DNA of 52,637 nucleotides from Paramecium tetraurelia (lineage: Eukaryota), in assembly GCA_000165425.1 (NCBI GenBank), contig CT867999.1:248001-300637 (forward strand). Direction: 5' to 3'. Made by a program: the position numbers and the translations under genes. The notes under the pieces are model-generated. The model saw only the letters and a list, made by a program, of their open reading frames with translations. It made no database searches and was not told the DNA's origin. Below, piece after piece: positions 51,200 through 52,637 of the stretch; position 1 is the first letter of the stretch; each line of letters opens with the position of its first letter.

Positions 51200-52522
51200 T
51201 TTAAAAACTCACATTTAAAATTCTATTTTTGTATACTTTAATTTGGTCTTATAAAAGGGTGCCTAACTTTTTTTGAACATATTGAGGATTCGGATATGAG
51301 TACCCAGTTAGTAAATACAAAGATACTTTTGAACTCTTTTGTTGAACTCGGTTACTATCTCTTTTGTAGAGGCGGATTAGATCATACCTTCAACGCATCG
51401 AAAAAGTATGCAGTATGAGAAATTTTAGAATAAGTTCAATAATTATATGGAGCTTCTCTTTAATATTTCATCATTGGATAAATTAGCCTCAGAATCCAAA
51501 AGCAGTTTTTCCTTTCAAATAGTAATTTCTTGGAGGCATGGTCTTACTCCAAAATATAAAACCCTGAAATGAGGGTGGTATTGAATTGAATTAAAATGTT
51601 ATAAGTTTATTTACAAAATTTCCGACTGGTTGTTTTATAATGTTAATGGATTTCCTCAAATAGAAATACTAACATCCCACTTATACTTCTATGCTCAACT
51701 CACTCAATACCGTTTGATTCTTTTATATGGTAGTTGCATATGCTTGTCTCTGAAATATTTTGCGTGTGCTATTCAATAGTATCTGTTTTCTTAGATGATG
51801 TTCTAAATTTTATAATTGAGAATCTTATTGTTCTCCCTCCTAATGGTTCTATTTTGTAAATATTTGAGCAATTATCCAAAAACTGCTGTCAAAAACACCT
51901 GCATGTGGATTAATTAGATGAAATGCATTGCTCTTTTCTCTCCTTGGTTAAAATACCAGCTCATCTAGAGATGTGTTGCTCGACATCATTTTGCCATCTG
52001 TATCATAATATAAATGCATTCTATGATTTTGACCTTTGTATTAAAAGCAAGACTAAAGTAAATGTATGCTTTGTAGGAAAGACTAGTCTTGGATCACTCG
52101 AAAATATAATGCTTATAATAATAATAATATCTGATGTGGAAGGATTTATCATTATGGACGGCCTCTCTTAATAGCAAGGTCACTACTTGCCCGACAGGAG
52201 AGTTCAAATATCTTTGGCTTAGTGTACACCCAAGCGTACATTTGGCAGTTCATTAGCACATCAAAGGACAGCCTGGCTAAGCCTTAATTATTCACAATCT
52301 CACTCAGAATGTTTAAAATCATTAGAACCTATTCGCCTTATTCAACCAAATTGCTATTTTGAATTCATCATAGACTGAATCAACCATACCATAACATTCT
52401 TTACTCAAGCTGTCCATCCATTAATTACTTTCCGCTTCATTGAACTTACATTATGATATAATCTTCTTCCGAATCTTAAAAAAGGCCTCTTCCCATTCTA
52501 ATTTTCTCTCGTCTGGGTTAGC
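51200..52522 (-). pseudogene. Degenerate coding-like sequence of unknown identity, cut at its 5' side by the telomere
   Basis: Higher GC than its flanks. Protein-like stretches (ANPDERKLEWEEAFFKIRKKIISQCKFNEAESNQWMDSLSKECYGMVDSVYDEF; EKLLLDSEANLSNDEILKRSSIQLLNLFQNFSYCILFRCVEGMI) are broken by frameshifts and several TGAs. Confidence 0.45.
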
Positions 52523-52637
52523 GGTTGGGGTTGGGGTTGGGTTTGGGTTTGGGTTTTGGGTTTGGGTTTGGGGTTGGGGTTGGGGTTGGGGTAAAGGTTT
52601 GGGGTTTGGGGTTGGGGTTGGGGTTGGGGTTGGGGTT
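52523..52637 (+). repeat. Macronuclear telomere, mixed GGGGTT/GGGTTT repeats
   Basis: Tandem G4T2 and G3T3 hexamers to the window end, G-rich strand running 5'->3' outward; the characteristic Paramecium mixture. Confidence 0.98.

Noticed and set aside
51555..51590. QYHPHFRVL on the minus strand as a rolling-circle HUH motif (Helitron/Rep)
   Set aside because: The second His is absent (AGG, not a single-step change), no catalytic Tyr motif or helicase motifs were recognised, and the frame is interrupted by stops.
215..52171. Supplied six-frame ORFs as gene models
   Set aside because: They were computed with TAA/TAG as stops and without introns. Conserved proteins here read through TAA/TAG as Gln (e.g. 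TAG/CAG interchange between copies B and C), so most listed ORFs are fragments or antisense shadows.
1..52637. TAA/TAG reassignment and ~25-nt introns as a novelty
   Set aside because: These are well-established properties of Paramecium.

Overview
Eukaryotic, very AT-rich, gene-dense DNA from the right end of a ciliate macronuclear chromosome, almost certainly Paramecium (aurelia-type). Evidence: TAA/TAG read as Gln with TGA as the only stop (translation table 6), many 20-31 nt GT..AG introns, tiny intergenic spacers, and a terminal mixed GGGGTT/GGGTTT telomere (52523-52637). The supplied standard-code ORF track is therefore mostly fragments or antisense artefacts; I re-read the genes by hand in code 6. 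Housekeeping genes include a USP deubiquitinase, RPL23A/uL23, cofilin, an ACX4/GCDH-type acyl-CoA enzyme, a KIF12-like kinesin, an MKT1-like protein, a TEX47/BLUF-fold protein, MCM8, GPR89/GPHR, an Aurora-like kinase and an ATP9/Neo1 flippase. The most unusual element is a four-copy family with two Cys/His (B-box-like) modules, coiled coils and a TLDc domain. It is arranged as two inverted tandem pairs about 18.5 kb apart (20.8-26.0 kb minus, 44.7-48.6 kb plus). The copies are segmental mosaics, differ in intron presence/absence, and three of four carry single frame disruptions. Other oddities are head-to-head genes whose ATGs are only 20-32 nt apart, a decaying SCP2 pseudogene, a PTS2-type signal, and a subtelomeric zone of gene debris with the telomere added inside a coding-like frame. 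All family assignments come from motif recognition, not database searches.
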